DNA of 64,000 nt, taken from Candidatus Oxydemutatoraceae bacterium. Lineage in GTDB: Bacteria > Pseudomonadota > Gammaproteobacteria > Poriferisulfidales > Oxydemutatoraceae. The notes below the pieces were generated by a model that searched no databases, was not told the origin of the DNA, and saw nothing but the letters and a program-made list of their open reading frames with translations. The position numbers were made by a program, and so were the translations under genes. Of this stretch, positions 19,030 through 29,772 are shown one piece after another. The stretch spans positions 946,180-1,010,179 of the forward strand of contig OZ243039.1 in assembly GCA_965212025.1 (NCBI GenBank). The letters are read 5' to 3'. Within the stretch, counting starts at the first letter, position 1; every line of letters starts with the position of its first letter.

Positions 19030-19907
19030 TCGCGGCATGGTGGTTTCGATGGTGGGTAAGGGGCAATGGTTGAAGTTGCGGGGAACGGGTGGTAGTGAAG
19101 CTCTTTGTGGGAAGTGAAATTCTGTGGGACAGGATGGCTTTTTGGGTGGTCGCAGGAGGGTAGAGGGATTTGTTGCTTGGTCGCGAGGAGCAACGCTTTT
19201 AGGTGTGTCAGGGTGAATGAAGTTGAAACGCAAAAAATAAGTTGTTGTGCGTGGTGGTTGCGATGGTGGGTGAAGGGCAATGGCTGAAGTTGCGGGGAGG
19301 GGGTGGTAGTGAAGCTCTTTGTGGGAAGTGAAATTTCGTGGGACAGGATGGCTTTTTGGGTGGTCGCAGGAGGGTAGAGGGATTTGTTGCTTGGTCGCGA
19401 GGAGCAATGCTTTTAGGTGTATCAGGGTGAATGAAGTTGAAACGTAAAAAATGAATTGTTGTGCGTGGTGGTTTCGATGGCGGGTACGAAGGGTAATGGT
19501 TGAAGTTGCGGAGGGAGCGGGGTGGTAGTGAAGCTCTTTGTGGGAAGTGAAGCTCTGTGGGACAGGATGGCTTTTTGGGTGGTCGCGGGAGGGTGGAGGG
19601 ATTTGTTGCTTGGTCGCGAGGAGCAATGCTTTTAGGTGTATCAGGATGAATGAAGTCGAAACGCAAAAAATAAGTTGTTGTGCGTGGTGGTTTTGATGGT
19701 GGGTACGAAGGGCAATGGTTGAAGTTGCGGGGGGTGGGTGGTAGTGAAGCTCTTTGTGGGAAGTGAAATTCTGTGGGGCAGGATGGCTTTTTGGGTGGTC
19801 GCAGGAGGGTAGAGGGATTTTTTGCTTGTCGCGAGGAGTAATGTTTTTAGGTGTATCAGGGCGAATGAAGTTGAAACGCAAAAAATAAGTTGTTGTGCAT
19901 GGTGGTT
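19030..19907. repeat. Tandem array of 4 x ~214-219-bp units derived from the NUDIX tail plus the X downstream spacer
   Basis: The anchor gtgaagctctttg occurs at 19095, 19309, 19528 and 19744. Confidence 0.9.
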
Positions 19908-20267
19908 GCACAGGTGCGTGTGTTTGGGTATGATTTGCCGCACTGGATGGTTGCTATGGAAAAAGCAGCTTTTTTTGATGCTCCGCCTAAAAGAGGCATT
20001 TGTACTTGGGTATCCAAGCCAGTTTCTTGCTGGTGTTGCCAGACCATGGATGGCATTGCTTGCCTGTGCTTAAAAGACGCTTTGGGAAAGAATGAATGGC
20101 TTTCGCATCAAGGGCTTCAAAAAACGGTACCATGCACGGTGCTGAGAACGGGGATCGTTTATGGCGGTCACTTTCATTACAGCGGAGAGTCGGGGGGCTT
20201 TTTGACAATGTTTTTACAGGCTCATAGAGCACACAAGCCCAACAAACACCAAAGGAGTCAAAATCAA

Positions 20268-21615
20268 ATGAAAAAATTGGTATTACTTGCATCAAAATCA
20301 GTTGACTTGCATTTATTTTTCTTTTCAGTGCAGGGATGGCTTATAGCCAACCTGACTACGAGCAAATTATACAATCAGCGTACCGAGGCAATGCGGCAGA
20401 TCAATTTAATTTAGGCATAATGTATGGAAATGGAGAAGGTGTTGCCCTGGATGATAGACAGGCAGTTTATTGGTACCGAAAAGCAGCAGACCAAGGGTAT
20501 GCGGATGCTCAATTTAATTTAGGCAATGGGTATTATAATGGAAAAGGCGTTACCAAGGATTATAAACAGGCAGTTTATTGGTACAGGAAAGCAGCAGACC
20601 AAGGGAATGCGAGGGCTCAATTTAATTTAGCCTTGGTATGAACATGGAAAGGCGTTGCTCTGGATGATAAACAGGCAGTTTATTGGTACAGAAAAGCAGC
20701 AGACCAAGGGTATGCGAATGGTCAATCTAATTTAGGCTTTATGTATGAAAAAGGAAAAGGTGTTGCCCTGGATGATAGACAGGCAGTTTATTGGTACAGA
20801 AAAGCAGCAGACCAAGGGGATGCGGATGCTCAATATAATTTAGGCTTAATGTATGGAAAAGGAAAAGGCGTTGCCAAGGATTATAAACAGGCAGTTTATT
20901 GGTACAGAAAAGCAGCAGACCAAGGGCAGTTTGCGAGCGCTCAAACTAATTTAGGCAATGGTATTATTTTGGAAAAGGCGTTGCCAAGGATTATAGACAG
21001 GCAGTTTATTGGTTCAGAAAAGCAGCAGACCAAGGGAATGGGTGCTCAATTTAATTTAGGTGAAATGTATTATTTTGGAAAAGGCGTTGCCCTGGATTAT
21101 AGACAGGCAGTTTATTGGTACAGAAAAGCGGCAGACCAAGGGTATGCGAACGGTCAATCTAATTTAGGCTTTATGTATGGAAATGGAAAAGGTGTTGCCC
21201 TGGATGATAAACAGGCAGTTTATTGGTACAGGAAAGCAGCAGACCAAGGGTATGCGAGAGCTCAAGCTAATTTAGGCTTTATGTATGAAAAAGGAAAAGG
21301 TGTTGCCCTGGATATAGACAGGCAGTTTATTGGTACAGAAAAGCAGCAGACCAAGGGGATGCGGATGCTCAATATAATTTAGGCAATGGGGAATGGAAAA
21401 GGCGTTACCAAGGATTATAAACAGGCAGTTTATTGGTACAGGAAAGCAGCAGACCAAGGGTATGCGAGAGCTCAATCCAATTTAGGCTTTATGTATAGAA
21501 GGATGGAAAAGGTGTTGCCAAGGATTATAAACAGGCAGTTTATTGGTACAGACAAGCTGCAGACCAAGAACATGAAGATGCCAAGCAGGCATTAGAGGAA
21601 CTAGGAGCGAGATGA
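20268..21615 (+). pseudogene. Secreted Sel1-like repeat protein, copy 2 (multiple frameshifts as assembled)
   Basis: MKKLVLLA signal and ~11 Sel1 units of 108 bp split over several ORFs, ending gagcgagatga. Confidence 0.85.
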
Positions 21616-21838
21616 AGACGGGCTTGCCTGTCTACGGAAAAATCACGGGCTGCTAGACAGGGAAAACCTTGGGTGCCCGGCTTGTTTGGGCATAATGTAT
21701 GATGACAGAGTCGGGTTGCGCCGAGCACCCGCCTTGCCAGGAAGCCTTGGTCTCTTACGCTGAGCGCCAGCCGTAAATTTTGGCTGTGCGGTGGGAGACC
21801 GGGTGTCGGAATCTTCAGAAATCAGGAGTGCTTTGCTT

Positions 21839-22194
21839 ATGGGTCGTTTTTTTGCCAAGGAAAGCATCATTGCCAGGCCGGGCTACAACCGCTGGAAAGT
21901 TCCTCCGGCGTCCATCGCCATTCACCTTTGCATTGGTTCTGTTTATGCCTGGAGCATCTATAACCCGGCGCTGACAAGGGCTATCGGCGTGGTCGGCAGT
22001 GCTGCGGATGACTGGAGCCTGGGTGAGGTCGTGTGGATTTTTACCAACGACAACGAGACCGTGTTTTTGGTGTCTGGCACTAGCAAAGGACTCAGCCTCG
22101 GCAGGCTTTTTGATAAGGACACGATGGGTGTGTGCTACGTGGGGTTGGGAGCGGAAGCTACGGTTGGGTGACTTTGTTTAAGGGACAGAAATAG
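21839..22194 (+). pseudogene. Chimera: MFS 5' end fused in frame to the X 3' end, copy 2
   Basis: The ORF reads ...GEVVWIFT|NDNETVFLVSGTSKGLSLGRLFDKDTMGVCYVGLGAEATVG*. Confidence 0.85.
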
Positions 22195-22249
22195 CTTGGT
22201 TGGTTTGGAATGGAGTTCGTGAGTTGGGTGCCAGGTTTAGGTTCGCGGC

Positions 22250-23553
22250 ATGGTGGTTTCGATGGTGGGTACGAGGGGCAATGACTGAAGTTGCGGGGAA
22301 GGTGGTAGTGAAGCTCTTTGCGGGAAGTGAAATTCTGTGGGGCAGGATGGCTTTTTGGGTGGTCGCAGGAGGTAGAGGGATTTTTTGCCTGGTCGCGAGG
22401 AGCAATGCTTTTAGGTGTATCAGGGTGAATGAAGTTGAAACGCAAAAAATAAGTTGTTGTGCGTGGTGGTTTCGATGGTGGGTGAAGGGCAATGGCTGAA
22501 GTTGCGGGGAGGGGGTGGTAGTGAAGCTCTTTGTGGGAAGTGAAATTTCGTGGGACAGGATGGCTTTTGGGTGGTCGCATAGGATGGTAGAGGGATTTGT
22601 TGCTTGGTCGCGAGGAGCAACGCTTTTAGGTGTATCAGGGTGAATGAAGTTGAAACGCAAAAAATGAATTGTTGTGCGTGGTGGTTTCGATGGCGGGTAC
22701 GAAGGGCAATGGTTGAAGTTGCGGAGGGAGCGGGGTGGTAGTGAAGCTCTTTGTGGGAAGTGAAGCTCTGTGGGGCAGGATGGCTTTTTGGGTGGTCGCA
22801 GTAGGGTAGAGGGATTTGTTGCTTGGTCACGAGGAGCAATGCTTTTAGGTGTATCAGGGTGAATGAAGTGAAACGCAAAAAATAAGTTGTTGTGCGTGGT
22901 GGTTTCGATGGCGGGTACGAGGGGTAATGGTTGAAGTTGCGGAGGGAACGGGGGGTAGTGAAGCTCTTTGTGGGAAGTGAAGTTCTGTGGGACAGGGTGG
23001 CTTTTCGGGTGGTTATAGGAGGGTAGAGGGATTTGTTGCTTGGTCGCGAGGAGCAATGCTTTTAGGTGTATCAGGGTGAATGAAGTTGAAACGCAAAAAA
23101 TAAGTTGTTGTGCGTGGTGGTTTCGATGGCGGGTACGAAGGGTAATGGTTGAAGTTGCGGAGGGAGCGGGGTGGTAGTGAAGCTCTTTGTGGGAAGTGAA
23201 GTTCTGTGGGACAGGATGGCTTTTTGGGTGGTCATAGGTGGTAGAGGGATTTGTTGCTTGGTCGCGGGGAGCAATGCTTTTAGGTGTATCAGGGTGAATG
23301 AAGTTGAAACGCAAAAAATAAGTTGTTGTGCGTGGTGGTTTTGATGGTGGGTACGAAGGGCAATGGTTGAAGTTGCGGGGGGGCGGGGTGGCAGTGAAGC
23401 TCTTTGTGGGAAGTGAAGTTCTGTGGGCAGGATGGCTTTTTGGGTGGTCGCAGGAGGGTAGAGGGATTTGTTGCTTGGTCGCGAGGAGCAATGCTTTTAG
23501 GTGTATCAGGGTGAATGAAGTCGAAACGCAAAAAATGAATTGTTGTGCGTGGT
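22250..23553. repeat. Tandem array of 6 x ~213-220-bp NUDIX-tail-derived units
   Basis: The anchor gtgaagctctttg occurs at 22308, 22521, 22741, 22958, 23177 and 23394. Confidence 0.9.
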
Positions 23554-23939
23554 TATTTTCTGCACAGGTGCGTGTGTTTGGGTATGATTTGCCGCACTGG
23601 ATGGTGTGCTATGGAAAAAGCGGCTTTTTTTGATGCTCCGCCTGTCAGGGGCATTTGTACTTGCTTTCGCGTATCCAAGTCAGTTTCTTGCTGGTGTTGC
23701 CAGCACCACAGATCATTGCTACGAGATGCCCGTACTTAAAAGACGCTTTGGGAAAGAATGAATGGTGCCTTGTCTAGCATCAAGGGCTTCAAAAAACGGT
23801 ACCATGCACGGTGCTGAGAACGGGGATCGTTTATGGCGGTCACTTTCATTACAGCGGAGAGTCGGGGGGCTTTTTGACAATGTTTTTACAGGCTCAGAGA
23901 GCACACAAGCCCAACAAACACTAAAGGAGTCAAAATCAA

Positions 23940-25454
23940 ATGAAAAAATTGGTATTACTTGCATTTATTTTTCTTTTCAGTGCAGGGATGGCTTATAGCC
24001 AACCTGACTACGAGCAAATTATACAATCTGCGTACCGAGGCAATGCGGCAGATCAATTTAATTTAGGCTTTATGTATGAAAAAGGAAAAGGCGTTGCCTT
24101 GGATTATGTATTGGTACAGGAAAGCAGCAGACCAAATGCGGAGCTCAATCTAAAGGCGTTGCGTTGCCAAGGATTATAGACAGGCAGTTTATTGGTACAG
24201 AAAAGCAGCAGACCAAGGGAATGCGAACGCTCAATTAATTTAGGCGTAATGTATGAAAATGGAGAAGGCGTTGCCAAGGATGATAAACAGGCAGTTTATT
24301 GGTACAGAAAAGCAGCAGACCAAGGGTATGCGAGTGCTCAATATAATTTAGGCTTAATGTATGAAAAGGAGAAGGCGTTGCTCTGGATGATAAACAGGCA
24401 GTTTATTGGTACAGGAAAGCAGCAGACCAAGGGAATGCGGTTGCTCAATATAATTTAGGCAATGGATGTATTAATGGAAAAGGCGTTGCCAAGGATTATA
24501 AACAGGCAGTTTATTGGTACAGAAAAGCAGCAGACCAAGGGCATGCGGGCTCCTAATTTAGGCAATATGTATCGTCTTGGAAAAGGCGTTGCCAAGGATG
24601 ATAAACAGGCAGTTTATTGGTACAGAAAGCAGCAGACCATGCGAGCGCTCAAACTAATTTAGGCTTTATGTATAGAAATGGAAAAGGCGTTGCCAAGGAA
24701 TAAACAGGCAGTTTATTGGTACAGAAAAGCAGCAGACCTGCGAGGGCTCAATATAATTTAGGCTGGATGTATGATAATGGAAAAGGCGTTGCCAAGGATG
24801 ATAAACAGGCAGTTTATTGGTACAGAAAGCAGCAGACCAAGGGAATGCGAGCGCTCAATATAATTTAGCCCTGATGTATGGTGAAGGACAAGGCGTTGCC
24901 CTGGATGATAAACAGGCAGTTTATTGGTACAGAAAAGCAGCAGACCAATTGCGAGTGCTCAGGCATATTTAGGCAAGGGCATGCGTATGCTCAATATAAT
25001 TTAGCCCTGATGTATGGGAGGACAAGGCGTTGCCAAGGATTATAAACAGGCAGTTTATTGGTACAGAAAAGCAGCAGACCAAGGGGATGCGGATGCTCAA
25101 TTGTATTTAGGCTTAATGTATGAAAATGGGAAAGGCGTTGCCCTGGATTATAGACAGGCAGTTTATTGGTACAGACAAGCAGCAGACCAAGGGAATTCGC
25201 ATGGTCAGCATAATTTAGGAGATTTGTATAGAGAAGGAAAAGGCGTTGCCAAGGATGGTAATCAGGCAGTTTATTGGTATCGAAAAGCAGCAGACCAAGG
25301 GGATGAGGATGGTCAATATGGTTTGGGATTAATGTATGAAGATGGAAAAGGTGTTGCCAAGGATTATAAACAGGCAGTTTATTGGTACAGAAAAGCGGCA
25401 GACCAAGGGCATGAAGATGCCAAGCAGGCATTAGAGGAACTAGGAGCGAGATGA
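23940..25454 (+). pseudogene. Secreted Sel1-like repeat protein, copy 3 (frameshifted as assembled)
   Basis: MKKLVLLAFIFLFSAGMAYS, Sel1 units, and an intact last four repeats ending AKQALEELGAR*. Confidence 0.85.
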
Positions 25455-25678
25455 GGTAGGTCTTGCCTGCCTACGGAAAAATCACGGGCTGCTAGACAGG
25501 GAAAACCTTGGGTGCCCAGCTTGTTTGGGCATTGATGTATGATGACAGAGTCGGGTTGCACCGGGCACCCGCCTTGCCAGGAAGCCTTGGTCTCTTGCGC
25601 TGAGCGCCAGCCGTAAATTTTGGCTGTGCAGTGGGAGACCGGGTGTCGGAATCTTCAGAAATCAGGAGTGCTTTGCTT

Positions 25679-27373
25679 ATGGGTCGTTTTTTTGCCAAGG
25701 AAAGCATCATTGCCAGGCCGGGCTACAACCGCTGGAAAGTTCCTCCGGCGTCCATCGCCATTCACCTTTGCATTGGTTCTGTTTATGCCTGGAGCATCTA
25801 TAACCCGGTGCTGACAAGGGCTATCGGCGTGGTCGGCAGTGCTGCGGATGACTGGAGCCTGGGTGAGGTCGTGTGGATTTTTACCGTTGCCATCGTTTTT
25901 CTTGGACTTGCTGCGGCGTTTGCCGGTCGGTGGCTGGAAACCGTTGGGCCACGCACGGTGGGAATTGTTGCTGCCTTTTGTTGGGGTGGTGGCTACATTG
26001 TCGGCAGTGTCGGTATTGCCACGCACCAGCTTTGGTTGGTCTATCTCGGCTATGGCGCCATTGGCGGATGCGGGTTGGGGTTGGGCTATGTTTCACCCGT
26101 GAGCACGCTCATTCGCTGGTTTCCGGACAGACGGGGCATGGCGACCGGTATGGCCATCATGGGTTTTGGTGGTGGTGCCATCCTGGCAACGCCTCTGAAG
26201 GGGTATCTGCTCCGCATGTTTTATGAGGCTCCGGAATATCTGGGAGTCGAGTCGGCGGTTAATCTGGTGACCAGGGGTGGGCGCCGTTTCGTGGAAATGG
26301 GCAACGAATTGAAAGAAGTTGTCGTTGTCGGCGCCAATGAGGTCAGCAAAATGGTGGTTCCTGGCGACCCTGGTGTCTATCTTGTGGGGACTGGCTCGGT
26401 CGGTGCCTGGCAGACTTTTTTGATCATCGGGATGATTTACTTCGTGATCATGATCATTGCTTCAGTGAGTTACCGGTTGCCTGCTCCGGGCTGGAAACCG
26501 GAAGGCTGGGTGCCACCGAGCTCTGATGTGGCGAAAAAGAAGATGATCAGTGACCGTAACGTTGATATCGATCAGGCGTTGAGGACTCCTCAGTTTTACC
26601 AGCTTTGGATTGTTTTGTGTTTCAACGTTACAGCTGGAATCGGTGTTATCGGTGTTGCCAAGACCATGATGACCGACATTTTTGGCACCACTTTGCCTAA
26701 CATTGTTGATGGTACCTTTGCGGCTTTTTATGTGCTCATGATCAGCGTTTTTAACATGATCGGGCGCGTCCTCTGGGCCAGCACATCGGACTACATTGGG
26801 CGCAAAAACACCTACTGGCTGTTTTTTGTGGGCGGCATCTTGCTGTATCTCTCCATCCCGTACGCGGCGCAGCAGGTGAACGTCAATCCTGCGGTGTTCT
26901 GGCTGGTTTTCTTTTACGCCTCTACCATGATTATTTTCACTTTCTACGGTGGTGGCTTTGCAACAATTCCAGCCTATCTTGCGGATGTTTTTGGCACACA
27001 CCACGTCGGCGGCATTCACGGCAGGTTACTGACAGCCTGGAGCGCGGCAGGGGTGCTTGGACCTTTGGCAATCACGACCCTCAGGCAGCACTCTTTGACG
27101 GAGTCCATCCATGATTTGGCGGCGAAAATCAGTCCGGAAAGATTTTTGGAAACCTTTGGAGCGGGAATTGAGCAGTTGAACCTGCTGGTCGAGCAAAAGA
27201 CCGTCACCATCGCCAAGCTCATGGAGATCGTTCCGCCTGGCACGATTGACCCGACTGCGAACCTTTACAACACGACTATGTATTTGATGGCTTTTCTGCT
27301 TTTACTGGCGTTGGTATCCAACGCTTTCATGAAGCCGGTTCATGCCCGGCACCACTTGAAAGACACCACTTGA
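25679..27373 (+). CDS. MFS transporter, oxalate:formate antiporter (OFA)-like family
   Basis: Motifs HLCIGSVYAWS, GLGYVSPVSTLIRWFPDRRGMATGMAIMGFGGGA, SDYIGRK and YGGGFATIPAYLADVFG. Confidence 0.9.
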   Translation: MGRFFAKESIIARPGYNRWKVPPASIAIHLCIGSVYAWSIYNPVLTRAIGVVGSAADDWSLGEVVWIFTVAIVFLGLAAAFAGRWLETVGPRTVGIVAAFCWGGGYIVGSVGIATHQLWLVYLGYGAIGGCGLGLGYVSPVSTLIRWFPDRRGMATGMAIMGFGGGAILATPLKGYLLRMFYEAPEYLGVESAVNLVTRGGRRFVEMGNELKEVVVVGANEVSKMVVPGDPGVYLVGTGSVGAWQTFLIIGMIYFVIMIIASVSYRLPAPGWKPEGWVPPSSDVAKKKMISDRNVDIDQALRTPQFYQLWIVLCFNVTAGIGVIGVAKTMMTDIFGTTLPNIVDGTFAAFYVLMISVFNMIGRVLWASTSDYIGRKNTYWLFFVGGILLYLSIPYAAQQVNVNPAVFWLVFFYASTMIIFTFYGGGFATIPAYLADVFGTHHVGGIHGRLLTAWSAAGVLGPLAITTLRQHSLTESIHDLAAKISPERFLETFGAGIEQLNLLVEQKTVTIAKLMEIVPPGTIDPTANLYNTTMYLMAFLLLLALVSNAFMKPVHARHHLKDTT

Positions 27374-27567
27374 GACCGTTTCCCCTGTAGTGGCAGTGGG
27401 AGCAAGGCAGAAGGGAGGAACAGCAGCAACCCGAGTGCATGGGCTCCCCCGTGGGCGGGGAACATCCGATTATCCACCGTGGGGTAGCCAGGATCTGCGT
27501 TTAATCAGTCGGGGCTTGTGTTGTGTGCCAAGTTGGTGGTCGGGGGGGCTTGAATTGCTGAGTCCGC

Positions 27568-28173
27568 TTACTGCGCGTAGAGGATTTCAACCCGCCGGTT
27601 CAACTCGTAATCTTCATCGCTTTCCCCTTCTACGGCTGGCCTTTCTTCACCATAGCTGACCCAGGTGATTTGGGTCGCTGGCACTTGGTGCGCCAAAAGA
27701 AAATTTCTGACTGACAGGGCGCGTCTTTCTCCGAGGGCGATGTTGTAGCCTGCAGAACCTCGTTCGTCCGTATGTCCTTCGAGGATCGACTTGGCGTTCG
27801 GGTTGCTTCTCAGATATTCCGCATGGTTACGCAGCACCTCACGCCCCTCATCCATTATTTGCGAGCGGTTGTAATTAAAATAAACCACGTTGTAGCGCAG
27901 TTTGGGATCAAAGCTCACCGATTCTTCGTATGGCACGCCGAGCTCTTTGATCACTTCTTCTCCGTACAGGTCAGTGATAGTTCCCACCTCCCCGCTTTCA
28001 TAGACCTCTGGCTCTTGCCATTCGGCGAAAGTATCCGGGGTTTCTCCCCCGTTTTCTTCCCATGGCTGAGGTGCCAACGTTCCGTCTGCTTCCATCCTTG
28101 TCGCTGTGCAGCTCACAAGAAAAATCACGGTTATCGCCGCTGTTGCCAAGGCGTATAAAAAGTGTTTGTTCAT
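27568..28173 (-). CDS. pal: Peptidoglycan-associated lipoprotein (OmpA-C domain)
   Basis: Lipobox FLVSC and motifs VYFNYNRS, EGHTDERGSAGYNIALGERRA, SYGEERP and NRRVE. Confidence 0.9.
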   Translation of the reverse strand: MNKHFLYALATAAITVIFLVSCTATRMEADGTLAPQPWEENGGETPDTFAEWQEPEVYESGEVGTITDLYGEEVIKELGVPYEESVSFDPKLRYNVVYFNYNRSQIMDEGREVLRNHAEYLRSNPNAKSILEGHTDERGSAGYNIALGERRALSVRNFLLAHQVPATQITWVSYGEERPAVEGESDEDYELNRRVEILYAQ

Positions 28174-28533
28174 GTGCGGATTGTGTGGGCAGGGTGTTCC
28201 AATTCGGGCGGAGCATAGCAAAAACCGCAGCCTGTAAAAAGGGGGGTTTGGGTATGTCCGTCCCGTTGTATTGGGGCAGGTTGGTGTTTCATTGCTTATC
28301 CAGGTGAATCATGTCGGCGGGCCATCGTGTGCTTTGCCGCCGTGCACGGACTTAGAAAGTTCTTGCACCGGCCGGGTTCCCGCTTTAGTATGTGCCCCCC
28401 TACAGACGCGCTTTACGAATGCTGCCGCGGTCGGGAACACTGGCTGCCGGATTGCTTTTTAATTATCTCGGCGTGACGGTTTGTTTCCCCGATGTTTTGG
28501 GGTGCCGCTTGATAAGGACGGTTTTCATAAACA

Positions 28534-29451
28534 ATGGAACATTACGAAATAGTTTTCATGGTGCACCCGCAGCACAGCGACCGGGTGCCATCGTTGGTGG
28601 ACAAGTACAAGTCCATTGTTCAAGACAGAAATGGTCATATACACCGGCTTGAGGACTGGGGTTTGCGTACCCTTGCCTACCCGATTCAGAAGTTGAAGAA
28701 CGCGCATTACGTGCTTTTGAACCTGGAATGTGATGCGGATTCTTTGGCGGAAATCAAAGAGGATTTCCGCTTTAACGAGATTCTTTTGCGGAACCTGATT
28801 CTCAGAAAAAGCGAGGCGATCACGGATCCGTCTCCGGTGGCACTTTTGATGAAGCGAGGTGCAGAAAGGGCAGCTAAACAGGGTGGACAGTCGGCGCCTG
28901 AAGGCAAGACGGAAGGTGAAGCAGATCCCAAAGCAAAACCCAGGGCTGAGTCCAAAGCGAAACCCAGGGCTGAGTCCAAAGCGAAACCCGAGGCTGAGTC
29001 CAAAGCAAAATCCAGGGCTGAGTCCAAAGCGAAACCCGAGGCTGAGTCCAAAGCGAAACCCGAGGCTGAGTCCAAAGCAAAACCCAGGGCTGAGTCCAAA
29101 GCGAAACCCGAGGCTGAGTCCAAAGCAAAACCCAAGGCTGAGTCCAAAGCAAAACCCGAGGCAGATCCCAAAGCAAAACCCGAGGCTGAGTCCAAAGCGA
29201 AACCTGAGGCTGAGTCCAAAGCGAAACCTGAGGCTGAGTCCAAAGCGAAACCTGAGGCTGAGTCCAAAGCGAAACCCAAGGCTGATCATGAAGCTGCCCC
29301 TGAGGAGCCAACTTCTCAGGGAGAAAGTTCAGGAGCAGGCAATGAGGTGGCTGAAAAACCTTTGGACGACTCTGATGGCGGCGCTTCGGAAAGTGCCAAT
29401 GGCGAAACCGATAGCCACGAGGGTGGTACTGATACCAAGGAGGGAGTTTAA
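28534..29451 (+). CDS. rpsF: 30S ribosomal protein S6 with a long repetitive C-terminal extension
   Basis: [12 protein letters not shown]...[22 protein letters not shown]...FRFNE; it precedes rpsR. Confidence 0.95.
   Translation: MEHYEIVFMVHPQHSDRVPSLVDKYKSIVQDRNGHIHRLEDWGLRTLAYPIQKLKNAHYVLLNLECDADSLAEIKEDFRFNEILLRNLILRKSEAITDPSPVALLMKRGAERAAKQGGQSAPEGKTEGEADPKAKPRAESKAKPRAESKAKPEAESKAKSRAESKAKPEAESKAKPEAESKAKPRAESKAKPEAESKAKPKAESKAKPEADPKAKPEAESKAKPEAESKAKPEAESKAKPEAESKAKPKADHEAAPEEPTSQGESSGAGNEVAEKPLDDSDGGASESANGETDSHEGGTDTKEGV
28921..29280 (+). repeat. In-frame 24-bp VNTR x15 (AESKAKPE/R) in rpsF
   Basis: gctgagtccaaagc(g/a)aaacc(c/t)(g/a)(a/g)g units spanning 360 bp. Confidence 0.95.
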
Positions 29452-29453
29452 GA

Positions 29454-29723
29454 ATGACTGACCAGGAACGGCGCTCAAGGCCGTCACAATGGAACGCCAA
29501 AAAAATTGCCGAGATTGATTACAAGGATGTTGATTTCTTGAGCAAGTTCACGGCCTCAACCGGGAAAATTCTGCCGCGCCAAATTACGGGTGTTGGAGCC
29601 CGCTACCAGCGCCGTGTGGCACATGCCATCAAACTGGCTCGTTTCCTGTCTTTGCTTCCTTATACGGAAAATCACCGTCCTTTCACCGAACCTCCCGCTA
29701 CGCATGATCGCAGGTTTTCGTAG
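29454..29723 (+). CDS. rpsR: 30S ribosomal protein S18
   Basis: [22 protein letters not shown]...[18 protein letters not shown]. Confidence 0.95.
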   Translation: MTDQERRSRPSQWNAKKIAEIDYKDVDFLSKFTASTGKILPRQITGVGARYQRRVAHAIKLARFLSLLPYTENHRPFTEPPATHDRRFS

Positions 29724-29772
29724 CCCAAAACCCGCCGGTCATTTTCTGCACAGCTTCATCGCCCGTACTTAA

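Noticed and set aside
18855-23531. Minus-strand His/Pro/Thr-rich ORFs (295 and 437 aa and others)
   Set aside because: They are by-products of the G/T-rich satellite; frames shift between units and there is no credible start context.
19030-23553. Possible CRISPR array
   Set aside because: The units are ~217 bp and similar along their whole length, with no short repeat/unique spacer alternation and no cas genes in the window.
17488-25454. Diversity-generating retroelement acting on Sel1 or NUDIX-derived repeats
   Set aside because: There is no reverse transcriptase in the window, and the differences are not adenine-specific because C>T is about as common as A>G.
28525-29500. Alternative-frame repetitive ORFs over rpsF
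   Set aside because: They are shadows of the 24-bp VNTR; the S6 frame is the supported one.
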